DNA of 64,000 bases from positions 32,001 through 96,000 of IMG/VR virus record IMGVR_UViG_3300009183_000050; one strand, written 5' to 3'. This stretch comes from a virus. Position 1 is the first letter of the stretch; each line of letters opens with the position of its first letter. Shown piece after piece: positions 1 to 10,354 of this stretch. A model generated the notes under the pieces. It searched no databases, had not been told where the DNA came from, and was given only the letters and a program-made list of their open reading frames with translations. A program made the translations under genes and the position numbers.

Positions 1-2136
1 ACGATTAATTACTTCGTGGCCAACCGAGTTGTAGGTCAAACATCAAACGCATTTGCTATTGTTGAAAAAGCATCATCATACTATAACCGTGACTTTCTAA
101 TCAATGAACTTTCTATCTCAAACAAATATAGAAACTTCGATGGCGGTGAGAAAATCTATTGCTTCTTTGAAGAGAATGGCCAACAGAAATTTCTCTCAGC
201 TAACCTATTCTCTGGATTTATCGACACTGTTAGTGTAATCTATGGTGGCACCGGCTATTCGGTTGGTGATAATGTTGTCATCGAAAGCAATACAGGCTCA
301 GGTGGTCTTATCGTTGTCGATACAGTAATGACAGGTAACGTTAAGACGATATATCCTGATGTTAATCCTGAATTGCGTGGTGCAGGCTTTCAAGTCAATC
401 AACAGATATTGTTTACTGGCGGTAGCGGTGGCTTCGGTGCTAATGCTCGTATCTCAGCCGTATTAGCGGATTCATCTGTTCATCCTAATTCATATGTTAT
501 GATCGCATCTGTTATCTCAGATGAGGTCAATACACGCATCGGAAATACTATTATCTCATATGAAACTTTTGCATATCAAAACCTAGCTACTCAATATATT
601 CGATCATCAAATCTAACGATTGGCACAGGCACAGGCAATTCTGTTAACGTAATCAATCTCAGCGCACAGAAAGCTAACTCAAATACATTCTTTGAAACAT
701 ATGATAGTTTGAATGTCAATGGTGTTATTGTGTTGGTTACATCATCCAATACAATCGCCAATACGATTACAGTAAGACCTGGTCTCACCGGTAATTTAAT
801 AGCCAATTCTTTCATTGTTATTAAGAAAGCTAATGATTACACCACTATCGCTAATGCGGTTGTGAGTTATGTCTATGCTAATACTGGCCCTATGGATCAA
901 TTACAGCTAGTAGCACATGGCGATTATTATCTGACCACTCCAGTAACTTCAGTTGTAGCCAATACACGAATTAGATCACTTGGTGTATTAGGTAGAATGA
1001 AGATTCATAATGGTGGTACCGGATATGCGGTTGGTGATACGATTACCTTCACTAATGTTCCATTTGGTTATGGAACTGGGGCGGCCGCCAATGTTACGAG
1101 TGTGGCTGCAAACGGTATGATTCGACAGGTTAGATTTAAACCTGTCACAGGTCAGATCACCGGTGGTTCTGGTTATGAGATGAACTTCTTACCTCTGGCT
1201 AGTGTAACATCCGCTAATGGTAATGGCGCCAACATTATGGTGACAACACTACTAGGTCAAGGTGAATCTATATCAACCATCATGAATAAAGCTGGCACAT
1301 TGATGACACTAGCTGTTGTGGCATCCGGATCTGGATATGATACAATACCGACTTTGAATCTATCTAATAGCGGTGACGGTACCGCTCAGGCGGCCGCCAC
1401 AATAATCAAGGGTGAATATAATTACCCCGGTCGTTACCTCAATGATGATGGCCATATATCTGGTTATAACTTCATTGAGGATAGAGATTATTATCAGTCC
1501 TTCTCATATGTTGTTAAGTCTCGCCAGTCCGTAGATTCATATCGTCAAGCACTTAATCAGCTTGTTCATCCATCAGGTATGAAGCTATTTGCCGAATATC
1601 TATATGATAATACTGGAGACAATAATAACGTCTCTATCCAGTCGTCCAATGGTATATACAACCAGTCAACACGCAGTGGTAAATATGTGGCGACAAGTAA
1701 TGCCAATGGTATCACAATCGTGGTTAATGCCGACTCTAATACAATCAATTTGACCTCATTATCGAACGTATATATCGAGTTTGTTACAGGTGATATGGTT
1801 AACTTGAGCAATGCAATCTATAGAGCGAATGTCATTAATACCACCTCATTCAGCGTCTATAGGGCGAATGTTCGAACAGGTACCGTAAGAGCTAACTCAG
1901 GTAATGGTAACACATTCTCACTAATGGGTACCGGAACAAACTTCAAGTCTGATCTAGCTGTTGGTGATGTGATCAAGATTGGTGGTTGGTCTAATACATT
2001 CTATGTTGGTGTTTTATCGAACGCCAGCAATCTGTATGTTACAGATACATTACCTCCATACATCACAGGTAATACATATGGTAGAGTTTACACTCCTTCG
2101 AACAGTAGCGGTACAATCTACTTTACCAGCATATAA
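1..2136 (+). CDS. Baseplate wedge protein (gp7-like), 5'-truncated by window edge
   Basis: Frame is open back to base 1. Has repeated GGTGY/GSGY motifs and the C-terminal 'IEDRDYYQSFSYVVKS...LVHPSGMKLF' motif typical of T4-like wedge initiators. Lies directly upstream of gp8. Confidence 0.75.
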   Translation, partial: TINYFVANRVVGQTSNAFAIVEKASSYYNRDFLINELSISNKYRNFDGGEKIYCFFEENGQQKFLSANLFSGFIDTVSVIYGGTGYSVGDNVVIESNTGSGGLIVVDTVMTGNVKTIYPDVNPELRGAGFQVNQQILFTGGSGGFGANARISAVLADSSVHPNSYVMIASVISDEVNTRIGNTIISYETFAYQNLATQYIRSSNLTIGTGTGNSVNVINLSAQKANSNTFFETYDSLNVNGVIVLVTSSNTIANTITVRPGLTGNLIANSFIVIKKANDYTTIANAVVSYVYANTGPMDQLQLVAHGDYYLTTPVTSVVANTRIRSLGVLGRMKIHNGGTGYAVGDTITFTNVPFGYGTGAAANVTSVAANGMIRQVRFKPVTGQITGGSGYEMNFLPLASVTSANGNGANIMVTTLLGQGESISTIMNKAGTLMTLAVVASGSGYDTIPTLNLSNSGDGTAQAAATIIKGEYNYPGRYLNDDGHISGYNFIEDRDYYQSFSYVVKSRQSVDSYRQALNQLVHPSGMKLFAEYLYDNTGDNNNVSIQSSNGIYNQSTRSGKYVATSNANGITIVVNADSNTINLTSLSNVYIEFVTGDMVNLSNAIYRANVINTTSFSVYRANVRTGTVRANSGNGNTFSLMGTGTNFKSDLAVGDVIKIGGWSNTFYVGVLSNASNLYVTDTLPPYITGNTYGRVYTPSNSSGTIYFTSI

Positions 2137-2139
2137 ATA
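2132..2139 (+). promoter_or_regulatory. T4-type late promoter
   Basis: TATAAATA 24 bp upstream of the gp8 start; the gp55 late sigma is encoded in this window. Confidence 0.75.
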
Positions 2140-2162
2140 TAATGGAATAATAGGATATAAAA

Positions 2163-3494
2163 ATGCCGTCCATCTTTACTGAAAATCTTCGTGTCTATAA
2201 TGCTGAACAGTTCAAACAGTCAATCTCTGATGTGGGACCGACTAATATCTATTTGACATTTGGTAGAACTAGACCTTGGGATAATGAGAGTGTTCCACCT
2301 CAGGCCAACTCATCTGTTGAAGGGTTCAATGATGTATGGAGAAACATGATCGGTGCAAAACTGGTCACAGGTAATGATGTTCGCCATGCTATTCCTAGAC
2401 GCGATTGGACCTCAGGTACAACTTATGCTATGTATGATAACGAAGAACAGGTTGGATATCTATTTTCTGATAATGTATCTTTTTTCGTTGTCACATCGGA
2501 TTGGAATGTATACAAGTGTCTGATGAATAACTATGGTAAACCATCGACGGTCATGCCAACTCAGACCATTCTGAACTCACCTGTTAAAGAATCTGATGGT
2601 TATATTTGGAAGTATATGTATACTGTTGCGGCTGAAGAAAGACTTAGATTTACAACCAGTGCATATATTCCTGTTAGAACACTGGTCAATAATAACAACT
2701 CGATGCAGTGGAGAGTCCAACAAGCCGCAAGAGAAGGCACTATTGATGTTGTAGAGGTGATCAGCGGTGGTTCTGGTTACATGAATGCTAATACGATCAT
2801 TGTCACTATTACTGGTGATGGTCTCGGCGCTCAAGCATTTGCTAGTATCAATACTATATCAAATACAGTTAATACTGTTACAATCACAAATCCAGGTACC
2901 AATTATACATATGGTTTCGTTGATATTGTTGATTCAGGAACAGGAGCTAATGCTATTGCTAAACCTCGCATTCCTCCTCCAGGTGGTCATGGTAGTGACC
3001 CTATGAGAGAATTAGGTGGTTCATATATCATTATCAATCCGAGAATCATTAGAACTGAAGATGGTCAGTTACCTGTCACGAACGAGTTCAGACAGATTTC
3101 TATCTTGCAAGACCCTCATGAAAGAGTTGCAGATAACGTAGCTAATTCTCTAGTCTATACACAGACAACTAGAATGATCCTAAGTACCGGTTCAGTGGAC
3201 TATTACCATGATGAAACGGTCTATCAAGGTTCATCTCTAGCTGAAGCATTATTTACAGGTATCGTATGTGCATGGGATGCTCCAAATAATTTCATTCAAT
3301 TAACAAATACAACAGGAACTCCGGCAGCGGACGTTCTTGTTGGTGCTAATAGTGCGGCAGCCCGATTCGTCGAATCTATTACAGATAAAGAACTAAAAGA
3401 CTACTCAGGTCATCTACTATATACCGATAATATCAGTCCTATCACTCGTGCAAACGATCAGACCGAGGACTTTAAGATCGTATTGAAATTCTAA
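2163..3494 (+). CDS. gp8: Baseplate wedge subunit gp8
   Basis: Motifs 'IPRRDWTSGTTYAMY', 'VYKCLMN', 'DGYIWKYMY', 'GGHGSDPMRELG' and C-terminal 'ITRANDQTEDFKIVLKF'. Confidence 0.9.
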   Translation: MPSIFTENLRVYNAEQFKQSISDVGPTNIYLTFGRTRPWDNESVPPQANSSVEGFNDVWRNMIGAKLVTGNDVRHAIPRRDWTSGTTYAMYDNEEQVGYLFSDNVSFFVVTSDWNVYKCLMNNYGKPSTVMPTQTILNSPVKESDGYIWKYMYTVAAEERLRFTTSAYIPVRTLVNNNNSMQWRVQQAAREGTIDVVEVISGGSGYMNANTIIVTITGDGLGAQAFASINTISNTVNTVTITNPGTNYTYGFVDIVDSGTGANAIAKPRIPPPGGHGSDPMRELGGSYIIINPRIIRTEDGQLPVTNEFRQISILQDPHERVADNVANSLVYTQTTRMILSTGSVDYYHDETVYQGSSLAEALFTGIVCAWDAPNNFIQLTNTTGTPAADVLVGANSAAARFVESITDKELKDYSGHLLYTDNISPITRANDQTEDFKIVLKF

Positions 3495-3511
3495 AAAGGA
3501 ACGATAAGAAA

Positions 3512-6500
3512 ATGGTTGATCCAGTATTAACAGCCGCACAGAACGCCTCTGGGAACACTACGAATCTAGGAAACACGGGGTTAACGACTAACTTTAACGT
3601 CACACCCTATTATGATGATTATGATCCCAATGATCAGTATTATAGAATCTTGTATAAACCAGGATTTGCAGTGCAGGCTCGTGAACTCACTCAGATGCAA
3701 TCAATGTTGCAGAGCCAAATCTATAGAATGGGTCGGCATGTATTCAAAGATGGTACTATTGTTCTTCCAGGTGGTTTTCGCGTTCGCACCAATGCTGGTG
3801 AGAAAAAAGGTGAACCCATCGACTATGTTAAGATTAAGACAACGAATGCTTCAAACGTTTCTGTGAATGTTAATGATCTTGTTGGTTCAACGCTTACTGG
3901 TGCAACCAGCAATATTAAAGCCTATGTTATTGATGTGGCCGATAGCGATGGTACAACACAAAATACAAAGACAGTCTACGTCAGCTATATGAGTGCGTCA
4001 TCCGTTGATTCAAATGTTCGCACATTTCTTGCTGGAGAAACTCTAACAAGTGCAAATAATGGTGGTGCTATTGTTCTCGATAGTGATCCTGTAGCCAACA
4101 CAGGATATGCTGGTTGGTTCCAGATTCAAGAAGGTGTTTACTTTGCTAAAGAACATTTCATCTATTTCCCAACTCAGTCGGTGGTTCTTGACCGCTACAA
4201 TCCTAATCCAACCTGTAAGGTTGGCTTCATTGTATCAGAAGAAATTGTCAACTATAACCAAGATTCAAATCTTCTTGACCCCGCTCTTGAAGCATCTAAC
4301 TATTCTGCCCCAGGTGCTGACCGATTTAAACTTGCATCAACACTTAGCGTTCTAAGTATTGATGATGCAGCCGGTCTACCAGATTTCGTGACATTGTTTA
4401 CCATTAAAGATGGTATTATGCAAATATCTCGTGAAAAGACTGATTATAACATACTTGGTGATGCTATTGCTGAAAGAACCTATAATGAGTCAGGCGATTA
4501 TGTTGTTCGCGGACTTAACGTTCAGGTTCAAGAGCATGATCGTGTAGAATCTCCTGTCAATAACCAAGGGAGATATGCTAACGGTAACAATCAACTTCTT
4601 ATTGTTAACGTAGATCCGGGTATTGGCTATGTTAAAGGTTATCAGATCAGCAACCAAGACATTGTTTCTATCGAAGTTGAAAAACCTACAGAATATAACA
4701 ATGTCGCATCTCAGATCACATCAACTTCGATGGGTCAATATCTAAGAGTTAATGAAGCTGTCGGTTCATGGCAACTCGATCAAGGTGCTAGAGTTAACTT
4801 TTATGATGTGGTTCAGAAAAGAATCACTAATAATGATGTGACAACAGGTCAAAAATGGTCAGTTGGTGCCCAGACTGGTAACCTTATCGGTTCCGCTGTC
4901 GTTAACTCTGTCCAGTATACGGGTTCAGGCACCCTTGGCTATGACGCTCAATATGATATCTTCTTATCAGATATCAAGATGATCGGCGCTAATAGCACAG
5001 CAAACATTCGAAGCCTGTATTATGATAACACTCCACACTCAGATGTTGGTGCTGACGTTGTTGGTGCAAGTAATTCAACATCAAATACTACGCTCAGAGG
5101 TCTTGATCAAGCAGCATTACTTTATTATGTAGGATCAAACTCTGTAAAAACTGCTAGAGATATTAATGGTAATCCTACTACAATCTATAACTTCAATAGA
5201 ACTGACGGTATTGCGGCGGCTCTGACATTCAGCACAAGCGGTACAACAACTATCACTCTTTCGGGCAACACAACTTCCCAGATTCCATATGGAACTGTAG
5301 CGTCATTGTCACAGGCCGATAAGACACAAGATTTCTTAGTGACACTGAATCAGACCTTTAATATTGGACCTCTCTGGTCAGCAACTATAACATCAAACGG
5401 TACAAGATATCTAACTAGTGCTAATGCTAACTTCACTAGAATGAATGTCGGTGATAAGATCGAACTTGCAGGAAACCCAAATACATGGTATATCTCAGCT
5501 ATCTCTGATGATAATCATATCATGGTATCAAACACAGTTCCTTCATATGCTTCAGGCAATCTTGCTTTCAAAGCCTACAAGACCGGCGACATTATCAATA
5601 TGTCAGGTAAAGGTGTGCTTGTTGGTACTGAAAGAAATATTGCCGCAACACCGACTAGCCTCGCATTTGATCTGAAAGAAACTTTCCCATCAACTGTAGC
5701 GGCCACAATCACATATCAGATTGCATCAAAACAGTCTACAGAAGTTGCTAAAATCTTGAAACCAAACCGCTTCGTCAAGATTAACTGCTCAACGGCAGGT
5801 ACATCTGGACCATTCTCTCTTGGTTTTGCTGATGTGTATCGGATTCGTAATGTTATTAAGAAAACTGGTTCAGCACCGAGTTCACTATCTGATGGTACAA
5901 ACGTAACTAGATACTTCACTCTCGACAATGGTCAGAAAGATACTTTCTATGATATTGCCAAGCTGAAGAAATTTAATGGCTACACTCTCGGCGCCACAGA
6001 CTTCTTGCTAATCGAACTCGATTACTTCGAACCAAGTTTCTCAGGTCGTGCAGGTTTCTTCACTGTAGATTCATATCCAATTCAGGATAATGATGCTAAT
6101 AGTTCAAATTCAACTATCAGAACCGAAAATATTCCACTATACATCTCACCAACTACTGGTCAGAAGTATGACTTGCGTAATAACATCGACTTCAGACCTA
6201 TTAAGGCTGCAACTGCTACCGATACAACTGTTGTCGCTTCTGCTACAATCAATCCATCATCTAACTCATCTACATATAGCTTCGGCGCAAGTGGTCTAAA
6301 ATTCCCTGTGCCTTCAACCGAAGTTATCTATGATTACTCATACTATCTCGGTAGAAAAGATGTTGTTATAGGCACAAAAAATAATAGATTTGCTGTTGTT
6401 AAAGGTGCATCATCAGCGACTCCATTGATTCCAGAAACATCCGATAACAATATGATTCTTGCGGTTATCAATGTTCCTCCATATCCAACTGTATCACCAA

Positions 6501-9500
6501 CATATGGTAATAATCTTGGTAGAAGAGACCTTGCCTGTTCTGTTCAGAAGGCCTCAAATCGTAGATATACCATGCGTGATATTGGTGTTCTAGAAAATAG
6601 AATCAAAAACCTTGAGTATTATACAGGGTTAACGATGCTTGAAAAAGATGCATTGAATCTGAAGATCACTGACGATGCGGGTAATGATCGTTTCAAAAAC
6701 GGTATCTTCTTAGACACATTTAAGGACACCTCGCTCTCTGCTAAAGGTGCGAATCCAGATTTTAGAATTGTTGTTGATCCTAATGAATTGAGCCTTGTGC
6801 CTCTATATGTTCAAGAATCATGGAAGCACGAATATCTTTCAGGCTCTACAACTGGTACGGCTGTTGCTGTTAATAATAATATCATAACCTTTGCATATAC
6901 AGAAACTTCACAGTTCGTGCAACCAAAAGTTACTGATCATAGATTGCTTGAAAGAGGTACGTTCCTTTATAGAGGAGCATTAAATATTCTTCCAAATCAA
7001 GATATGTGGATTGATACGACTTATGCTCCTGATGAAATAGTTAAAATTGAAGCAAATAACTCCGGACTAAGTATCAGTGTAGGCAATTCAGCAAACGGCT
7101 GGACTGATGATAAAGACGCACAGGTCACTAAGAGTCTTCTGAATACCGACTGGGAATCTTGGAAACAACACATTACTGGTTATAAGCTCTATAAAGGTGA
7201 AGGCGCTTCTAAGGTTCTTTATGGAACGTATGCAAATGAAGAAGAGGCTAGGGACGCTGCCGCTACTTGGACAACAAAACAAAATCAAGGTTCGGCCACA
7301 CTCGAAACACTTTATTATAATGATAGAATTGGCACAAGCTACTACGCCAACTATAGCACAGATGATGCCGCCGGCTCATATAAGATGATCTCAAGCACGA
7401 AGATTCCATATATTAGACCTCAGACACTCTATGTTATAGGTGTAGGTCTGAAACCTTATAGTAAAGTCAAAGTATTCTTTGATGGCGTTAGCGTATCTGC
7501 TTATTGCAGGCCTTTGACCTACAAACAATTCGCGGTGCTTGCGGCCGGTTATTCGCCTATTGTAGGTGAATATTATGGAAGTCTTGGTGATCCGCTAATT
7601 GTTGATGATATTGGAAGAACTTTCTTTGAGTTCCATCTCACACAGGATGGTCCTCGTTTTAGAACTGGCGAAAGACGACTGTATGTTCTCGATGGTGATC
7701 AGATTGATCCTCAGCAAATCTCAGCCGAACTCGATGCATCTACAACCGCATCCGGTATCTTCGTTGCTGATGGTACTGCTCAGACATTACAGAGAACAGT
7801 CTATTCAACGTCAGGTTATGAAAGAACATATGGACCTGCATATGACAGGGCAAAAGAAGAATCTTCATATGCGGTTATGCCTAATACATGGACACCACCA
7901 CCCAAGCATGGTCACTGTTGCTTCAATCCAGAAGCTAAGGTTCTCATGGCTGACAAGACATGGAAAGCTATCCAAGATATTGTAGAAGGTGAAAAAGTTC
8001 TTGGTGATAATGGTCAGGTCAATACTGTTCAGAAGGTTAATGCACCTCGTATCGAAGATAGAAAACTGATCAAATTTGAAGGTATTGATGGTACCACATT
8101 CTTCTCAACCGATGATCACTTGTTTATGACCGACAAAGGTTGGAAAACATGGGATATTGAGGCTGTTAAGAAGTCTTATGATGATGGATTCAAGATCGAT
8201 TATGTGTTCTTGGAAAATGACAACAAGACATGCAGCATCGACCATAATGACAAACTGAAAGTTATTAAACCTGAAACTCTATCTTATGACTTCGTTCCTT
8301 ATGAAGGTGAGATAGGTATGCATGGTTATACCTCAGAAGATTTGGTCTATGACTTGACTCTTGACGGTAATATGACCTATATCGTTGAAGGTTATGTCGT
8401 TCATAACTGTTGCGTAGCATATGTTGTGTTCATCAAAGCACCTGATGAAGAAGAAGGTATATTCGTAACAAGTATGGATGTATTCATACATTCCAAATCT
8501 ACAACAAGAGGCCTATGGTTTGAAATCAGGGAAGTTGATAAGGGTGGAGGTATTACACCTACAACAATTCCAGGAAGTTCGGTACACTATGAGAATGCAG
8601 ATATCGTCGTTTCACCAAACGGTAAAGATAGCCCAATGCATGTTGTGTTCCCAAGACCAGTATTCTTGTTCAAGGACACCAACTATGCATTTATCGTCCA
8701 TTCCGATAGCCCAAGCCCGCTTGACGTTGATCCTGACACTTCAATCTGGATCTCTAGACTTGGTGAGACTGATATTAACACTGGTCAGAAGGTATCTGAT
8801 AGGCAAGCTACAGGTACATTCTATCAGACACTCAATAACCGCTCATGGGATCTAATTGATGGTCTAGACTTGACCTGCAACATCTATAGAGCCGTGTTCC
8901 CGAAAGATACTACAGCCAACTTCATCATTGGTAATGAACCAGTCGAAAAGTTCTTCATGGCCAATGCTTCTACTTCACTGAGTGGTAAAGTTGGTAGCTG
9001 GTTTACAACAGGTGATACTCTGACTGTAACTGGTGCTAACGGAACTATCGCTCTAACAGATAGAGTTCAAGGCAATACCTCAGTAGCTAATGCTAACGGT
9101 AATGTCGTAAATGTTATTAGTGCGACACAGTTTGCTGTATCTAAAACAAGATATCAGATTGGTGAGAAAGTAAACATCTACTATTCATCAAATAGCACAT
9201 ACAAGTGTTCTGCTACTGTTACAGCCATCTCAAACAGTTCAGCTAAGTTGTCTTACTATAATGAATCGGCCTCTAGTATCTACGGTGAGTTTAAAAATTC
9301 TACTGGCGGATTCAAAGTAGGTTCTGTGATTAGTGATATGATAGAAGGTACTACATATAGTGCCCAAGTAACTACTATTGATGATTATGCATATGGCGCC
9401 TTCAGTTATGAGCCAACTGTTCTCGACTTTGTTAAGACAAATATAAAATATGAAATGAGAACATATGCTAACGGTTCAACCTCAGTAGGCAGCTATAATT

Positions 9501-10147
9501 ATATCAGCCCTTCTGATACAACATATCTCTCTGATGAAAGGTCACTCTATAGCAGAACAAATGAATTGATCAATATTGGTGGTAACAAGTCAAACCAAAT
9601 CAGAGTGACTCTTATCACAAACTCTGAATATGTTTCACCCGTATATGACCTAGATACTTCACATACAATTTTCTTAGATAGTCAGATTAACTCAGACTAC
9701 TCAGGTGAAGATGGAAAATCTGGTGGTAATGCCATCAATAAATACATCTCACAGATTGTAACTCTTGCTGATGGTCAAGATGCGGAAGACCTGAAGGTCT
9801 ATCTGACAGCATATAGACCACCAAATACAGATGTTAAGGTCTATGTCAAGTTGCTTCATGCAAGTGATACCGATCCTTTCGACCAGAAATACTGGATTGA
9901 AATGACCAAAAATGGTACTGGCGAGTCATTATATTCATCTATCTCCGATAGAAATAACTTCAGAGAGTTTGTATATAACTTACCAACCTCAGTAATGGTC
10001 GGACCTGATGGGCAATCTCAATATACTAGCAATGGTATAGCGTTTAACGGCTACAAACAGTTCGCTGTTAAAGTTGTATTGCTTGGCGACAACTCAGCCG
10101 TCTATCCAAGAGTTGCTGATTTGAGATGTATCGCGGTACAGATGTAA
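3512..10147 (+). CDS. Large virion structural protein, VrlC/DUF4815-like, containing an internal Hint domain
   Basis: Motifs 'NFNVTPYYDDYD..YYRILYKPGFAVQARELTQMQS', 'APGADRFKL', 'RRYTMRDIGVLENRIKNLEYYT', 'RFKNGIFLDTF' and C-terminal 'FAVKVVL..YPRVADLRCIA'. Follows gp8. Confidence 0.85.
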   Translation: MVDPVLTAAQNASGNTTNLGNTGLTTNFNVTPYYDDYDPNDQYYRILYKPGFAVQARELTQMQSMLQSQIYRMGRHVFKDGTIVLPGGFRVRTNAGEKKGEPIDYVKIKTTNASNVSVNVNDLVGSTLTGATSNIKAYVIDVADSDGTTQNTKTVYVSYMSASSVDSNVRTFLAGETLTSANNGGAIVLDSDPVANTGYAGWFQIQEGVYFAKEHFIYFPTQSVVLDRYNPNPTCKVGFIVSEEIVNYNQDSNLLDPALEASNYSAPGADRFKLASTLSVLSIDDAAGLPDFVTLFTIKDGIMQISREKTDYNILGDAIAERTYNESGDYVVRGLNVQVQEHDRVESPVNNQGRYANGNNQLLIVNVDPGIGYVKGYQISNQDIVSIEVEKPTEYNNVASQITSTSMGQYLRVNEAVGSWQLDQGARVNFYDVVQKRITNNDVTTGQKWSVGAQTGNLIGSAVVNSVQYTGSGTLGYDAQYDIFLSDIKMIGANSTANIRSLYYDNTPHSDVGADVVGASNSTSNTTLRGLDQAALLYYVGSNSVKTARDINGNPTTIYNFNRTDGIAAALTFSTSGTTTITLSGNTTSQIPYGTVASLSQADKTQDFLVTLNQTFNIGPLWSATITSNGTRYLTSANANFTRMNVGDKIELAGNPNTWYISAISDDNHIMVSNTVPSYASGNLAFKAYKTGDIINMSGKGVLVGTERNIAATPTSLAFDLKETFPSTVAATITYQIASKQSTEVAKILKPNRFVKINCSTAGTSGPFSLGFADVYRIRNVIKKTGSAPSSLSDGTNVTRYFTLDNGQKDTFYDIAKLKKFNGYTLGATDFLLIELDYFEPSFSGRAGFFTVDSYPIQDNDANSSNSTIRTENIPLYISPTTGQKYDLRNNIDFRPIKAATATDTTVVASATINPSSNSSTYSFGASGLKFPVPSTEVIYDYSYYLGRKDVVIGTKNNRFAVVKGASSATPLIPETSDNNMILAVINVPPYPTVSPTYGNNLGRRDLACSVQKASNRRYTMRDIGVLENRIKNLEYYTGLTMLEKDALNLKITDDAGNDRFKNGIFLDTFKDTSLSAKGANPDFRIVVDPNELSLVPLYVQESWKHEYLSGSTTGTAVAVNNNIITFAYTETSQFVQPKVTDHRLLERGTFLYRGALNILPNQDMWIDTTYAPDEIVKIEANNSGLSISVGNSANGWTDDKDAQVTKSLLNTDWESWKQHITGYKLYKGEGASKVLYGTYANEEEARDAAATWTTKQNQGSATLETLYYNDRIGTSYYANYSTDDAAGSYKMISSTKIPYIRPQTLYVIGVGLKPYSKVKVFFDGVSVSAYCRPLTYKQFAVLAAGYSPIVGEYYGSLGDPLIVDDIGRTFFEFHLTQDGPRFRTGERRLYVLDGDQIDPQQISAELDASTTASGIFVADGTAQTLQRTVYSTSGYERTYGPAYDRAKEESSYAVMPNTWTPPPKHGHCCFNPEAKVLMADKTWKAIQDIVEGEKVLGDNGQVNTVQKVNAPRIEDRKLIKFEGIDGTTFFSTDDHLFMTDKGWKTWDIEAVKKSYDDGFKIDYVFLENDNKTCSIDHNDKLKVIKPETLSYDFVPYEGEIGMHGYTSEDLVYDLTLDGNMTYIVEGYVVHNCCVAYVVFIKAPDEEEGIFVTSMDVFIHSKSTTRGLWFEIREVDKGGGITPTTIPGSSVHYENADIVVSPNGKDSPMHVVFPRPVFLFKDTNYAFIVHSDSPSPLDVDPDTSIWISRLGETDINTGQKVSDRQATGTFYQTLNNRSWDLIDGLDLTCNIYRAVFPKDTTANFIIGNEPVEKFFMANASTSLSGKVGSWFTTGDTLTVTGANGTIALTDRVQGNTSVANANGNVVNVISATQFAVSKTRYQIGEKVNIYYSSNSTYKCSATVTAISNSSAKLSYYNESASSIYGEFKNSTGGFKVGSVISDMIEGTTYSAQVTTIDDYAYGAFSYEPTVLDFVKTNIKYEMRTYANGSTSVGSYNYISPSDTTYLSDERSLYSRTNELINIGGNKSNQIRVTLITNSEYVSPVYDLDTSHTIFLDSQINSDYSGEDGKSGGNAINKYISQIVTLADGQDAEDLKVYLTAYRPPNTDVKVYVKLLHASDTDPFDQKYWIEMTKNGTGESLYSSISDRNNFREFVYNLPTSVMVGPDGQSQYTSNGIAFNGYKQFAVKVVLLGDNSAVYPRVADLRCIAVQM
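7919..8407 (+). mobile_element. Mini-intein / Hint domain (163 aa, no endonuclease) in frame within the VrlC-like protein
   Basis: Block A 'CFNPEAKVLMAD', block B 'FSTDDHLFMT' (TxxH), blocks F/G 'VYDLTLDGNMTYIVEGYVVHN' followed by Cys(+1). Confidence 0.9.
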
Positions 10148-10150
10148 GGT

Positions 10151-10354
10151 GTGATTATGAGTATTAAGACTGATGTTCCTGGTGTCTATAAAGATGGTGA
10201 GGGAGTTCTTATAAATAAAGATAACGAAGCCCTTCGCGCTTATAGACACCAGAAAATGCAACGAAATAAGTATGTTGAGATTGAAGAAGAGGTGAAGGTC
10301 ATCAAAAGTGACCTTCACGAGATAAAAGAACTTCTAAAAGGATTGATAAAGTAA
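10151..10354 (+). CDS. Small coiled-coil virion-associated protein
   Basis: Tightly packed 67-aa ORF after the VrlC-like gene, ending 'IKSDLHEIKELLKGLIK'. Confidence 0.7.
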   Translation: MIMSIKTDVPGVYKDGEGVLINKDNEALRAYRHQKMQRNKYVEIEEEVKVIKSDLHEIKELLKGLIK

